Assembly: GCA_964612845.1 (NCBI GenBank)
Contig: CAZTEO010000001.1
Coordinates: 2,933 to 66,932, forward strand
Origin: an uncultured Anaerolineales bacterium
GTDB lineage: Bacteria; Chloroflexota; Anaerolineae; B4-G1; SLSP01
Direction of reading: 5' to 3'
DNA length: 64,000 nucleotides
Shown in pieces: positions 24,915 through 34,653 of the stretch (position 1 is its first letter; the number at the start of each line of letters is the position of its first letter). A model generated the notes under the pieces. The model saw nothing but the letters and a program-made list of their open reading frames with translations, made no database searches and was not told the DNA's origin. The position numbers and the translations under genes were made by a program.

Positions 24915-25796
24915 ATGACCCATACACACGCCCACGGACCAGAAACAATGCAAGGTCTACGGCTGGCCTTCTTTCTGAACCTGGGCTTTGCGTTGCTGGA
25001 ACTGGTGGGCGGCCTCTGGGTCAACAGCCTGGCCATCGTCTCCGATTCTCTGCACGATCTGGGCGACAGTGTCTCCTTGGGCCTCTCCTGGTATCTGGGG
25101 CGCTATGCAGAGCGTGAGGGCGATGGTCAGTACTCCTACGGTTATCGCCGCTACTCCCTGCTGGGGGCACTGATCAACGCCCTGATCCTGATCGGCGGCG
25201 GTGTGCTGATGCTCTCCGAGGCTATACCGCGCCTGTTGAACCCGGAGTCGCCCAATGCGCAGGGCATGATCATCTTTGCCGTTGTCGGCATCCTCGTCAA
25301 CGGTGCGGCGGCGTTGCGACTGCGGAACGATACCTCGCTGAATGCTCAGATGGTCGCCTGGCACCTGCTGGAAGACGTGCTGGGCTGGGTCGGTGTCCTG
25401 ATCGTCAGCATAGTGCTCCTCTTCCGCGACATCCCCATCTTGGACCCGTTGCTGTCTATCATCATCACACTCTACGTTCTATACAACGTGGCGGGCAATC
25501 TCAAAAAGACCTTGGCCCTTTTCCTCCAGGCTGTTCCTGACAAATTTGATATGAAAGAAATCGAGACAGCTCTGTACGCCACAGACGCTGTCTGTGACGT
25601 TCACCACACGCACATCTGGTCGCTGGACGGTGAGCACCATGTTCTGACCACCCACCTGGTTCTTGAAGACGATGCGACCAAGCAAACGGCCGTGGACGTC
25701 AAATGTAAAGCCAAAACCACCCTCGCTGATCTCAATCTGACGCACCTCACCATCGAGATCGAGTACGGCGGCGAGAGCTGTTCAATGCACCCGTGA
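24915..25796 (+). CDS. cation diffusion facilitator (CzcD/ZitB-like) metal efflux transporter
   Basis: His-rich N-terminus MTHTHAHG and the CDF signature LAIVSDSLHDLGDSVSL. Six TM plus a C-terminal cytoplasmic domain (HHTHIWSLDGEHHVLTTHL). Confidence 0.9.
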   Translation: MTHTHAHGPETMQGLRLAFFLNLGFALLELVGGLWVNSLAIVSDSLHDLGDSVSLGLSWYLGRYAEREGDGQYSYGYRRYSLLGALINALILIGGGVLMLSEAIPRLLNPESPNAQGMIIFAVVGILVNGAAALRLRNDTSLNAQMVAWHLLEDVLGWVGVLIVSIVLLFRDIPILDPLLSIIITLYVLYNVAGNLKKTLALFLQAVPDKFDMKEIETALYATDAVCDVHHTHIWSLDGEHHVLTTHLVLEDDATKQTAVDVKCKAKTTLADLNLTHLTIEIEYGGESCSMHP

Positions 25797-25960
25797 AGTC
25801 AAGCGTGGATTGACCTTAACCTCCGAGCGCTTCCAGGCCTCGGAGATTTTCGTAGATTGTGCCTTTCTACCCTCAAAACATAGCTCACCTTCAGTGTAAC
25901 CCACTCCATCTTTTCCTATAATTGAATCAGATATAAGCCCTAGATGGTAAGGAAGGATTC

Positions 25961-28072
25961 ATGAGCGACTATCGCATCACCGAACATCCCATTTTGGACA
26001 TTCCAGAGACTGAAACCATCAAGTTCACTTGGCAGGGCCAGACACTGACGGCCAAACGCGGCGAGATGATCGCCTCGGCGCTGTTCGCCCACGGCATCCG
26101 CACCTTCGGGCATCATCACAAGGACGGCGCGCCCCAGGGCATCTTCTGTGCCAACGGACAGTGCGCCCAGTGCATGGTCGTCGCCGATGGGACCCCCGTC
26201 AAAGCGTGCATGACGCCGGTGCAGCCGGGCATGCGCGTCGAGCCGTTGGACGGCCTGCCGACGCTGCCCGACGTGCCGGAGGCGCCCGCCATGGCAGAGA
26301 TCGAAACCATCGAGGTGCCCGTGCTGATCCTGGGCGGCGGCCCGGCAGGCATGTCCGCCGCCAATCAACTGGGCGAGATGGGCGTCCGCACGCTGCTGGT
26401 GGACGACAAACACCGCCTCGGCGGGAAACTGGTGCTGCAAACGCACCGCTTCTTCGGCTCCGTCAACGCCGTCTACGCCGGAACGCGCGGCATCGACATC
26501 GCCACGAAATTGGAGGGACAGGTGCGCGCGCATGAGAGCGTCCGTGTCTGGCTCAACAGCACGGCGCTGAGCGTCTTCAGCGACCAGAAAGTGGGCATCC
26601 TGAGAGCAGACGGACAAGACAACTACGTCCTCGTGAAGCCTGATGTTCTCCTCGTTGCTACTGGCGCGCGCGAAAAATCCCTGGTCTTCCCCGGCAACAC
26701 GCTGCCCGGCGTCTACGGCGCAGGCGCCTTCCAGACGCTGGTCAACCGCGATCTGATCCGCGCAGCCGAGCGCCTCTTCATCGTCGGCGGGGGGAACGTG
26801 GGCCTTATCGCCGGCTATCACGCGCTCCAGGCCGGCATCGAGGTCGTTGGCCTCGTCGAAGCGCTGCCCGAATGCGGCGGCTACAAGGTCCACGAGGACA
26901 AACTGCGTCGCCTAGGTGTGCCCATCACTACGTCACACACCATCGTCAGCGCCAACGGCGAGGATCAGGTGGACTCCGTGACCATCACCCAGATCGACGA
27001 GGCGTTCAACTCCATTCCGGGTACGGAGAAATCCTTCGCCTGTGATACCGTGCTCATCGCCGTCGGGCTCGATCCGGTGAACGAGTTCACCGAGAAAGCG
27101 CGCGCCTTCGGTATGACCGTCGTTGACGCTGGCGACGCGCAGGAAATCGCCGAGGCGTCGGCTGCCATGTTCACCGGCAAGATCGCCGGACGCAAGGTCG
27201 CCCGCGCACTGGGCCACGACGTGGAGATCCCGGAGGCCTGGTACCGCACCGCCGAGATCCTCAAATCGCATCCAGGGCATGTAGTAGAAGAACGCATTCC
27301 AGAGCAAGAGGGCGGCGTCTTCCCCGTCTTCCATTGCTCGCAGGAGATTCCCTGTAATCCCTGCACCGCCGTCTGCCCGCAAGACCTCATCCACATCCCA
27401 GAGAACGACATCCGCCAGCTGCCCGAGTTCCTGGGGCCGCACGTCGAGGCGACCTGCGTAGGCTGCGAGCAGTGCATCACCGTCTGCCCTGGCCTTGCCA
27501 TCACCCTGGTCGATTACCGCAAGGACGCCGATTGGCCTACCGTCGCCATCCCCTACGAGTTCTCGAAAGAGCGCATCGCCGTGGGCGATACGGTGACGGT
27601 GCTGGACCGCGACGGGCAGGTGCTGGGCAACGTCGGAGTCGTGCACGTGCGCGCCACCCGCCGCAACAATCACACTGTCGTTGTCAAGGTTAAAGCGCCG
27701 CCGCGCATCGCCAAGCGCGTCGCGGGCATCCGCGTGCAGGAACCGTGGGTGAGCAAACCGCTGCCAGAGACCGTCGAGCGCCTGGATGACGACACCATCG
27801 TCTGCCGCTGCGAGCGCGTCACGGCAGGCGAGATCCGCGCACTAATCCGCCAGGGCTATCGCGACGTTAACGAGCTCAAGGCAGTCACCCGTGCGGGCAT
27901 GGGCGCCTGTGGCAGCAAGACCTGCGCCACCCTCACCCAGCGCCTCTTCCGCGAGGAAGGCATCCCGCTGGACAAGGTGGAGGAGAACACGAAACGACCG
28001 TTGTTCGTTGAGGTACCGCTAGGAACGTTTGCGGGCGCAACACGTGACGAGAACGTAAAACGTAATGCGTGA
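25961..28072 (+). CDS. multi-cluster flavoprotein: 2Fe-2S + FAD/NAD(P) oxidoreductase + 4Fe-4S + BFD-like 2Fe-2S (sarcosine/opine oxidase or L-proline dehydrogenase alpha-like)
   Basis: N-terminal CANGQCAQCMV...ACM, dinucleotide fold LILGGGPAGMSAA, two Cys clusters (CSQEIPCNPCTAVCP and CVGCEQCITVCP), and a C-terminal VCRCERVTAGEIR...GACGSKTC. Confidence 0.8.
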   Translation: MSDYRITEHPILDIPETETIKFTWQGQTLTAKRGEMIASALFAHGIRTFGHHHKDGAPQGIFCANGQCAQCMVVADGTPVKACMTPVQPGMRVEPLDGLPTLPDVPEAPAMAEIETIEVPVLILGGGPAGMSAANQLGEMGVRTLLVDDKHRLGGKLVLQTHRFFGSVNAVYAGTRGIDIATKLEGQVRAHESVRVWLNSTALSVFSDQKVGILRADGQDNYVLVKPDVLLVATGAREKSLVFPGNTLPGVYGAGAFQTLVNRDLIRAAERLFIVGGGNVGLIAGYHALQAGIEVVGLVEALPECGGYKVHEDKLRRLGVPITTSHTIVSANGEDQVDSVTITQIDEAFNSIPGTEKSFACDTVLIAVGLDPVNEFTEKARAFGMTVVDAGDAQEIAEASAAMFTGKIAGRKVARALGHDVEIPEAWYRTAEILKSHPGHVVEERIPEQEGGVFPVFHCSQEIPCNPCTAVCPQDLIHIPENDIRQLPEFLGPHVEATCVGCEQCITVCPGLAITLVDYRKDADWPTVAIPYEFSKERIAVGDTVTVLDRDGQVLGNVGVVHVRATRRNNHTVVVKVKAPPRIAKRVAGIRVQEPWVSKPLPETVERLDDDTIVCRCERVTAGEIRALIRQGYRDVNELKAVTRAGMGACGSKTCATLTQRLFREEGIPLDKVEENTKRPLFVEVPLGTFAGATRDENVKRNA

Positions 28073-28158
28073 AACGTGACCATCTTCTCAACAACACGTC
28101 ACGCAACACGTTCAAGCATGAAATCACCAAAGATGACCTGAAAACAAAGGATATGTAC

Positions 28159-29334
28159 ATGCAACCATCTAATCACGACGTCATCATCGTCGGCGCAGGG
28201 AGCATCGGCGTGCCAGCAGCGCTGGCGATGGCCCAGGCTGGCGTTGACGTGCTGGTCATCGACACCTTCGCCAGCCCAGGACAAGGCTCCAACAAAGCCG
28301 CCATCGGCGGGATTCGGGCCACTCACTCCGATCCGGCCAAAATCCGCCTCTGTCTGCGCAGCCTGGAGATCGTCTCGATGTGGGAGGAGACCTACGGACA
28401 GAACATCGAGTGGACCGAGGGCGGCTACTCCTTCGTCGCCTACCGCGAGGAAGAGGAACGCACGCTCAAGGCGCTGCTCGACGTCCAGCACAGTTACGGC
28501 CTCAACATCGACTGGTATGATCGCGACGCGCTGCTGGAGATCATCCCCTCACTGAATCCGCAGGGCCTTATCGGCGGAACTTTCTCGCCGCAGGATGGGC
28601 ACTGCTCGACGCTGCTGGCGGGTCACGCCTTCTATGAGGAAGCCGTGCGCGCCGGAGCCGAGTTCCGCTTCAACGAGGCCGTGCAAGAGATCCTGATCGA
28701 AGAGATAATGCGCGGACCGCACAAACATGTCACAGGCGTCACGACGGACCAAGGCACGTATCACGCCCCCATCGTCGTCAACGCGGCGGGACCGTGGGCA
28801 CGGGAAATCGGCCAAATGGTGGACATGAACCATCCGGTTGCGCCGGACTCACACGAAGCGGGGATCACCGAGCCGGTAGCGCATTTCATGGACCCGATGG
28901 TGGTGGACATCCGCCCGGCGCCAGGCTCGTCGAACTACTACTTCTACCAGCTGGGCAGCGGACAGATCGTCTTCTGTATCACGCCCAATCCGCCCATCCC
29001 CGGCTTCGACCGCCGCGAGACCAGCGAGTTCCTGCCCATGGTCTCCCGCCGCATGGTCGATCTGATGCCCAAGCTGACCAACATCCGCGTGCGCCGCACG
29101 TGGCGCGGCCTCTATCCCATGACGCCCGACGGCTCGCCGCTGGTGGGTTGGGCGCGGGAGGTGGCGGGCTACCTGATGGCTATCGGCATGTGCGGGCAGG
29201 GCTTTATGCTGGGGCCGGGCCTGGGGGAGCTGCTGACGCGCATGGTCGCACAGGAGACAACGAAAGAGGATCAAGAGGTGTTGAACATTCTTTCGCCCTA
29301 CCGCTCATTCGAGGGTGAGGAGGCACTGAAGTAA
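28159..29334 (+). CDS. FAD-dependent oxidoreductase (DAO family; sarcosine oxidase beta / proline dehydrogenase beta-like)
   Basis: DVIIVGAGSIGVPAALAMAQAG dinucleotide fold. Start set at ATG 28159 (AAAGGA upstream); ATG 28153 or the listed GTG 28069 are alternatives. Confidence 0.8.
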   Translation: MQPSNHDVIIVGAGSIGVPAALAMAQAGVDVLVIDTFASPGQGSNKAAIGGIRATHSDPAKIRLCLRSLEIVSMWEETYGQNIEWTEGGYSFVAYREEEERTLKALLDVQHSYGLNIDWYDRDALLEIIPSLNPQGLIGGTFSPQDGHCSTLLAGHAFYEEAVRAGAEFRFNEAVQEILIEEIMRGPHKHVTGVTTDQGTYHAPIVVNAAGPWAREIGQMVDMNHPVAPDSHEAGITEPVAHFMDPMVVDIRPAPGSSNYYFYQLGSGQIVFCITPNPPIPGFDRRETSEFLPMVSRRMVDLMPKLTNIRVRRTWRGLYPMTPDGSPLVGWAREVAGYLMAIGMCGQGFMLGPGLGELLTRMVAQETTKEDQEVLNILSPYRSFEGEEALK

Positions 29335-29348
29335 GCGGCAGCAAGAAA

Positions 29349-29379
29349 GACATCGGGGTTCTGATAGAACCCCGATGTC
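29349..29379 (+). terminator. perfect 13-bp hairpin after the flavoprotein operon (no U-tract)
   Basis: GACATCGGGGTTC-tgata-GAACCCCGATGTC. Confidence 0.4.
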
Positions 29380-29407
29380 TCACGAACAGAATCCGTTTCT
29401 TTATCTT

Positions 29408-29438
29408 CCCGGATGTTCAGAGCATCCGGGGATTTTTT
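29408..29438 (+). terminator. rho-independent terminator
   Basis: CCCGGATG-ttcagag-CATCCGGG followed by gaTTTTTT. Confidence 0.65.
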
Positions 29439-29514
29439 GGATTGGCGCAGCATCCATTCCGTGATATGCTAGACGATGAGAATCGACTCACCCCTATACC
29501 ATTGAGGAGGCCCC

Positions 29515-30663
29515 ATGCAATATAGAACCTTTGGACAATTAGATTGGAAACCCTCAGCGCTGGGCTTTGGCGCGATGCGTCTACCCACCATCGACGACGA
29601 TCCCAAGCACATCGACGAACCGCTGGCGACAAAGATGATCCGCTACGCCATCGACCACGGCGTCAACTACGTGGACACTGCCTGGCCCTATCACCAGGAG
29701 GCCAGCGAGCCTTTCGTCGGACGGGTGCTACAGGATGGCTACCGCGAGAAGGTAAAACTGGCGACCAAACTGCCCTGCTGGTTACTCGAAAAACCAGAGG
29801 ACTTCGACCACTATCTCAACGAGCAGCTGGAGCGCCTGCAGACCGATCACATCGACTTCTACCTGCTGCACGCGCTCAACGAGGATCGCTGGAAGAAGAT
29901 GCTCAAGATGGACGCGCCCACTTCAGCCGAACGCGCCATCGCTGACGGGCGCATCGGACACCTGGGTTTCTCTTTCCACGACGAGTACAAGGCCTTCAAG
30001 GGCATCATCGACGACTACGACGGCTGGACCTTCTGCCAGATTCAGTACAACTACATGGACGTCAATTACCAGGCGGGCACAAAGGGGCTGAAATACGCCG
30101 CCGATCACGGGTTGGCCGTGGTGATCATGGAAGGGCTGCGCGGCGGTCAGCTGGCGCAGAATCCGCCACCCGATCCCGTCGCCGAGATCTGGGCCGAATC
30201 GGACCGCGACTGGAAACCGGCGGAGTGGGGCCTGCAGTGGCTCTGGAACCAGCCGGAGGTCTCGGTCGTGCTCAGCGGCATGAGCGAGATGCAGCACGTC
30301 ACCGAGAACGTCGCCAGCGCCGACCGTTCCGGCGCGGGGATGCTCACCGAGAAGGATCTAGGGCTGATCGAACGGGTGCGCGCGACCTACGAAGAATTGG
30401 CACCCATTCCCTGCACCGGCTGCGGGTACTGCATCCCCTGCCCCAACAGCGTGGCGATTCCAAGGCTCTTCCGCATCTACAACGAGGCCATGATGTACGA
30501 TGATCTGGAGGGCGCGCGCCGGGTGTACAACACCTGGGTCAAAGAGGAGCAACGCGCCAACATGTGCGTCGAGTGTGGCGCCTGCCAGGAGAAGTGTCCG
30601 CAGGGCCTGGAAATTATTGACTGGCTCCAGAAAGTCCACGAGGAATTGAGCGCGACGGCATAA
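29515..30663 (+). CDS. aldo/keto reductase with a C-terminal 4Fe-4S ferredoxin-type domain
   Basis: GAGGAGG SD. AKR N-terminus (LGFGAMRLP...YVDTAWPY) and C-terminal Cys clusters CTGCGYCIPCP and CVECGACQEKCP. Confidence 0.85.
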   Translation: MQYRTFGQLDWKPSALGFGAMRLPTIDDDPKHIDEPLATKMIRYAIDHGVNYVDTAWPYHQEASEPFVGRVLQDGYREKVKLATKLPCWLLEKPEDFDHYLNEQLERLQTDHIDFYLLHALNEDRWKKMLKMDAPTSAERAIADGRIGHLGFSFHDEYKAFKGIIDDYDGWTFCQIQYNYMDVNYQAGTKGLKYAADHGLAVVIMEGLRGGQLAQNPPPDPVAEIWAESDRDWKPAEWGLQWLWNQPEVSVVLSGMSEMQHVTENVASADRSGAGMLTEKDLGLIERVRATYEELAPIPCTGCGYCIPCPNSVAIPRLFRIYNEAMMYDDLEGARRVYNTWVKEEQRANMCVECGACQEKCPQGLEIIDWLQKVHEELSATA

Positions 30664-30684
30664 CCGATCCCGCTTTTACAATTT

Positions 30685-30718
30685 GGCTCCCACGTCACTT
30701 TGACGTGGGAGCCATTTT
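30685..30718 (+). terminator. rho-independent terminator of the AKR gene
   Basis: GGCTCCCACGTCA-ctt-TGACGTGGGAGCC followed by ATTTT. Confidence 0.65.
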
Positions 30719-30737
30719 CGTGTCATTTAACCTTCTG

Positions 30738-30839
30738 AGGTGCAACGCACTTTCGCCAAAATTGACAAGCCGGGACATGCCAGACCACACAAAAAGCTAC
30801 GTAAGGCAGTTTGTCTGGATTCGTAAGTGCGTTGCACCT
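30738..30839. repeat. copy B of the GGTGCAACGCACC palindromic element (about 100 bp)
   Basis: Arms are AGGTGCAACGCAC (30738..30750) and GTGCGTTGCACCT (30827..30839). The interior is homologous to the reverse complement of copy A. Confidence 0.55.
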
Positions 30840-30843
30840 TTAC

Positions 30844-33216
30844 TCAAGCTTGGCGTGTGAAGACCACCGCCTCGCTGTCGCGCAGCGTCACCGGTTCCTC
30901 GGCAGTCGCAACGTCCAGGCCTGGCGTCTTGAGCGCAACCTCCCAACCGTCGCGTAATAAATCCGGGATGGGTAGATGCACCGGGGTGACGGTGCGCGGC
31001 GCGCCCTCCATATTGGCGACGAAGAGCAATTCCTCACTAGAAGCCGAGGCACGGCGCAAACCAAAGAAGATCACGCTGCCATCGGTAGGTCGCAACCGGT
31101 CGAAGGTCTCGTCGGCGCGCAGGTTCTCCTGGAGCCAGGGCCGGGTCCGCCGGAAATCGCGCACCGCCCGGTTGAAAGCCGCCTGCTCGGGATCGACGGT
31201 CGCCGTGTAATGCGAGACGTTGCAGATCTCGTAGACGTCGTCCATCCACGCACGGGCGATCTGCTTGAGCGTCTTGATCGAAGGGAGTGGGCCATCCAGC
31301 GGCGGCTCCACGTGCCGCAGCAGCTCCACCATGGCAGGCATGTCGTAGTCTGTGATCTTGACCGCGTGATCCAGCGTCTTCATGAAGCGGCGCAGTTCGT
31401 CCAGCCGCTCAAAGCCCAATGCTTTGAGACGTGGGAAAACGTGGGGCTGCGCGTAGAGCGCGTCGTGCATCACCCAATCCAGGAAGTGCGCCTCCTCTGA
31501 GACGACCTTGACCGCGTACCGGTCGTCAGTGTTGCGGATAAAGGCCCAGGGCGCCCGCATCGCCGCGTTGATAAAGTCCATGGGAATACCGGGCATCATG
31601 GCGTAGTCGAAGAGTTTAGCGGCGGGATTATCGTAGGCTTTGCGGAAGATCTGGGGAAGCGTATCGCCTAAGTACGTGTTGATGCGCGCCTCGGGATCAA
31701 CCTGGGTGCCGCGCCGGAGCGTATCGTGGTTGGCGCAGCCGGTGATCCACTCCCGCCCCACGTCAGCGATCTCCTGAATGCGCCACCACTTGCTGATCCA
31801 GAAGGTGAAGAGGAAGGGCGTGTTGTGCGCGAAAGTCAGCGGTCCCCACTGCACCACGTTAGGATGTTGCTTGGTCACCTCGCGGTAGGTCGAGGCCAAC
31901 TCCCAGTCGTCGCGGGGCCAGGGGCGACCATCCTCGAAGATCATCCAGGGGCGGTACCGCACCCCGGCGACCTCCTGCTCCACGTCGTTCATCAGCGTAA
32001 GATACTCGTCGTCGTGTTTTAACTCGCGCGCTTCCGGGTCCCAGTACTTGAAATCCTGCGCGCCGTCAACGCGGACGCCGTCCACGCCGAAGTCGTTCTT
32101 GCGCTTCTGCATCTCCAACAAAAGCGCGCGCACCGCTGGCTGCTTGAAATCGATCTCCTGCCCGTACATGCCCGGCCCGGCGTAGAACTCGTCGGGCAGC
32201 AGGGGCAGCGACTGGTTGTCGGCGTGTCCGTAGACAATATCGAGCACCACCATGACAGGCCCACCGGGGAAGTTGTGCAGCGCCGCGAGGAAATCAACGA
32301 ACTCGTCGGGACGTCCGCTGCCCAGGATCACGGGATTGACCGCCGGTGACGCCACGGTGATGATGTCATAGCCCCAGTTGGTCATGTCAGGACGGCGCAG
32401 GTTGACGGTGACGGTTTCGTCGTCCACCTCCACCTCCTCCCAGAACTCCAGACCGGCCTCGTACTCGATGATCGGCTCGATGGGCATCAGCTGCACGCCG
32501 TCATAGCCCACATAGTTCTGCTCGGCGGGCGTCAGCGGCTCGCCGCTGCGGCGCTTCTCGGCGATGGTCTCGTAGATCTGGGTGAGGCCCGCCAGCGTTC
32601 CTTCCTCCGACGCCGTGCCCACGTGAATCTGCAGCAGATTGGTCGGCCCGACGATGCGCGGTACGCCGTCAGGATCGAGCGCCGTCTCCAGCTGCGCGAA
32701 GTGCTCGGCGTCGGCGCGCTCCGCGTGCATCGCGTCGATGTCATAGAACTCCGCCGGGGCGAAAGCGCCGAAGGGCACCGAATGGGCCAGCAGATCAGGA
32801 ACCGGTTGCCACGCGCCCTCAGCGTCGCGGTAGCGAAGCCGGTAGAAGGTGCCCACCTGTTCGCGCGTCCCCGCGCGCATCCCCTCGATGACGGCCCAGG
32901 CGTACTCGCCATCGCGCACGACGGACAGCGTCTCGCGGCGGAAGCGGAGCTGCTGCTCTCTAACCCGGAGATCAAGGGCATCCAACGGCGTGAACAGCTC
33001 GAGGACAACGTCCTCAGGAGAAATCTGCTCGCGGGCCAAGGCCGGCGCCCAAAAGCCCAGCTCAGCACGGTCGCCTACTTTGTGCGCGCCCAGCCGGGTC
33101 GTGATCTCCTGCGCCGCGTCGAAGGGTGAGGCAGCCTTATCGCGAACCTGCTGCGCCCAGGCAACGAGCGTTTGTGTTGCATCTGCTACCAGCTCACAGT
33201 GGGATTTTGACATCAT
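30844..33216 (-). CDS. GH13 alpha-amylase-family glycoside hydrolase/transferase
   Basis: GH13 regions I (VLDIVYGHADN), II (GVDGVRVDGAQDF), III (MIFEDGRPW) and IV (GCANHDT). Start set at ATG 33216 (AGGAG 6 nt upstream). Confidence 0.8.
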   Translation of the reverse strand: MMSKSHCELVADATQTLVAWAQQVRDKAASPFDAAQEITTRLGAHKVGDRAELGFWAPALAREQISPEDVVLELFTPLDALDLRVREQQLRFRRETLSVVRDGEYAWAVIEGMRAGTREQVGTFYRLRYRDAEGAWQPVPDLLAHSVPFGAFAPAEFYDIDAMHAERADAEHFAQLETALDPDGVPRIVGPTNLLQIHVGTASEEGTLAGLTQIYETIAEKRRSGEPLTPAEQNYVGYDGVQLMPIEPIIEYEAGLEFWEEVEVDDETVTVNLRRPDMTNWGYDIITVASPAVNPVILGSGRPDEFVDFLAALHNFPGGPVMVVLDIVYGHADNQSLPLLPDEFYAGPGMYGQEIDFKQPAVRALLLEMQKRKNDFGVDGVRVDGAQDFKYWDPEARELKHDDEYLTLMNDVEQEVAGVRYRPWMIFEDGRPWPRDDWELASTYREVTKQHPNVVQWGPLTFAHNTPFLFTFWISKWWRIQEIADVGREWITGCANHDTLRRGTQVDPEARINTYLGDTLPQIFRKAYDNPAAKLFDYAMMPGIPMDFINAAMRAPWAFIRNTDDRYAVKVVSEEAHFLDWVMHDALYAQPHVFPRLKALGFERLDELRRFMKTLDHAVKITDYDMPAMVELLRHVEPPLDGPLPSIKTLKQIARAWMDDVYEICNVSHYTATVDPEQAAFNRAVRDFRRTRPWLQENLRADETFDRLRPTDGSVIFFGLRRASASSEELLFVANMEGAPRTVTPVHLPIPDLLRDGWEVALKTPGLDVATAEEPVTLRDSEAVVFTRQA

Positions 33217-33374
33217 CTTAGACTCCTTTCCGACATAAATTTCAGATAAAATAAGTATACCCAAAACCGGTGAGCGTACAAAAACACAACCGTAGACCGG
33301 GGATAGACAACTGAAGGTTTACGCCGATCTACGGTCTGACCCATGAAAACCGTCACTCGACATTCCGCCCCGCC

Positions 33375-33402
33375 TTGCTCATTCGCCCCAAGCCCCTATA
33401 AT
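33375..33402 (+). promoter_or_regulatory. candidate promoter (TTGCTC-16-TATAAT)
   Basis: Perfect -10 TATAAT at 33397..33402, 17 nt before the ATG of the downstream membrane protein gene. Confidence 0.3.
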
Positions 33403-33418
33403 GGCGCCTCAGAGGTGA

Positions 33419-34642
33419 ATGAGAATGAATGAACGAAAGCAATCATCCAAGCGCAGGACGCAATACCTTTTAGAAGGGCTGTCTGTGCTCATACTCCTGG
33501 CTCTGGTCGCGGCGGTGGGCGTGCTCTACTTCACACGACCGCCGATCCAGTACAGTGCCCAAGCGGCCTCACAGGAGGAGACGGTATCGGCCCGCGTGCT
33601 TGAGGTCAAAGAAGAAACGATAAGCAGAGATGAGAACGGCTTGGTGCAGATTGCACAAGTCCTGAAAGTGGAGCTCCTTACCGGCCCACACGAGGGAGAG
33701 CAGGTTGAGTTGACCTACAACGGTCTGGGGCCAGCCTTGCGCGATGTCCAGTTTCAACCCGGAGATCGCGCACTGGTTATGGTAACAGAGCGTCCAAACG
33801 GCGAGGCTTTCTACGCCATCGCCGATCACGTGCGGCTCTGGTCCCTGGGCGCACTGAGTGTGACTTTCGCGGTGGTCACGGTGCTGGTCGGACGCTGGCA
33901 GGGATTACGTGCGCTCTTGGGTCTGCTGCTCAGTGTGCTGCTGATCGCCGGTTTTATTCTGCCGCAGATTCTGTCGGCCCGCGATCCGGTGCTGGTGACG
34001 ACGGTGGGGGTTGCCCTGCTGATGGCACTCACGCTCTACCTGATCCAGGGATGGAACGCCATCACACACACGTCATTGTTAGGCTTGTTGACCAGCCTCG
34101 CGGCGACGATGCTGCTGACCATCATCTGGACGCGCGTGGTACGGCTCACGGGCTTCGGCTCCGAGGAGACGCTCTATCTACAGGCGACTGGCGTTCGGCT
34201 GAATATGCGGGGATTGCTGCTGGCGGGCATGATCTTGGGCGCAGCTGGCGTGCTGGACGATGTCATTCTGGCACAAGCCGTGACCGTTTTCGAAATCGCC
34301 CGGGCTGCACCCGCACTCACGCGGCGCACGCTCTTCGGACGCGGCATGAAAATAGGCGTGGCGCACCTCGCGTCGATGGTCAACACGCTGGTGTTGGCTT
34401 ACGCCAGCGCCGCGCTACCGTTGCTCATCCTCTTCTCCCTCTATCCTGAACCCTGGTATCTTACGATTAACCGCCAGTTGATTGCCGAGGAGATCGTGCG
34501 GACGCTGGTCGGCAGCCTGGGGCTGATGTTAGCCGTTCCGCTGACGACCGTTATCGCGGTGTGGGTCACGCCCATCACCCTATCCGACGCAAAAACAACA
34601 AGCGGCGCATCGCCTTCGGACGATGCACCGCTGGATGTATAA
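33419..34642 (+). CDS. YibE/F-like polytopic membrane protein
   Basis: N-terminal TM, an extracytoplasmic beta-rich domain of about 110 aa (ARVLEVKEE...VELLTGPHEGEQVELTYNG), then 6-7 TM. This architecture is as I recall for the YibE/F family. Confidence 0.55.
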   Translation: MRMNERKQSSKRRTQYLLEGLSVLILLALVAAVGVLYFTRPPIQYSAQAASQEETVSARVLEVKEETISRDENGLVQIAQVLKVELLTGPHEGEQVELTYNGLGPALRDVQFQPGDRALVMVTERPNGEAFYAIADHVRLWSLGALSVTFAVVTVLVGRWQGLRALLGLLLSVLLIAGFILPQILSARDPVLVTTVGVALLMALTLYLIQGWNAITHTSLLGLLTSLAATMLLTIIWTRVVRLTGFGSEETLYLQATGVRLNMRGLLLAGMILGAAGVLDDVILAQAVTVFEIARAAPALTRRTLFGRGMKIGVAHLASMVNTLVLAYASAALPLLILFSLYPEPWYLTINRQLIAEEIVRTLVGSLGLMLAVPLTTVIAVWVTPITLSDAKTTSGASPSDDAPLDV

Positions 34643-34653
34643 AGCCGTCTGCG

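Noticed and set aside
25940-26893. 317-aa ORF on the - strand
   Set aside because: It is antisense to the N-terminal 2Fe-2S/FAD part of the flavoprotein alpha subunit. Ala/Asp/Arg/Gly-rich shadow composition.
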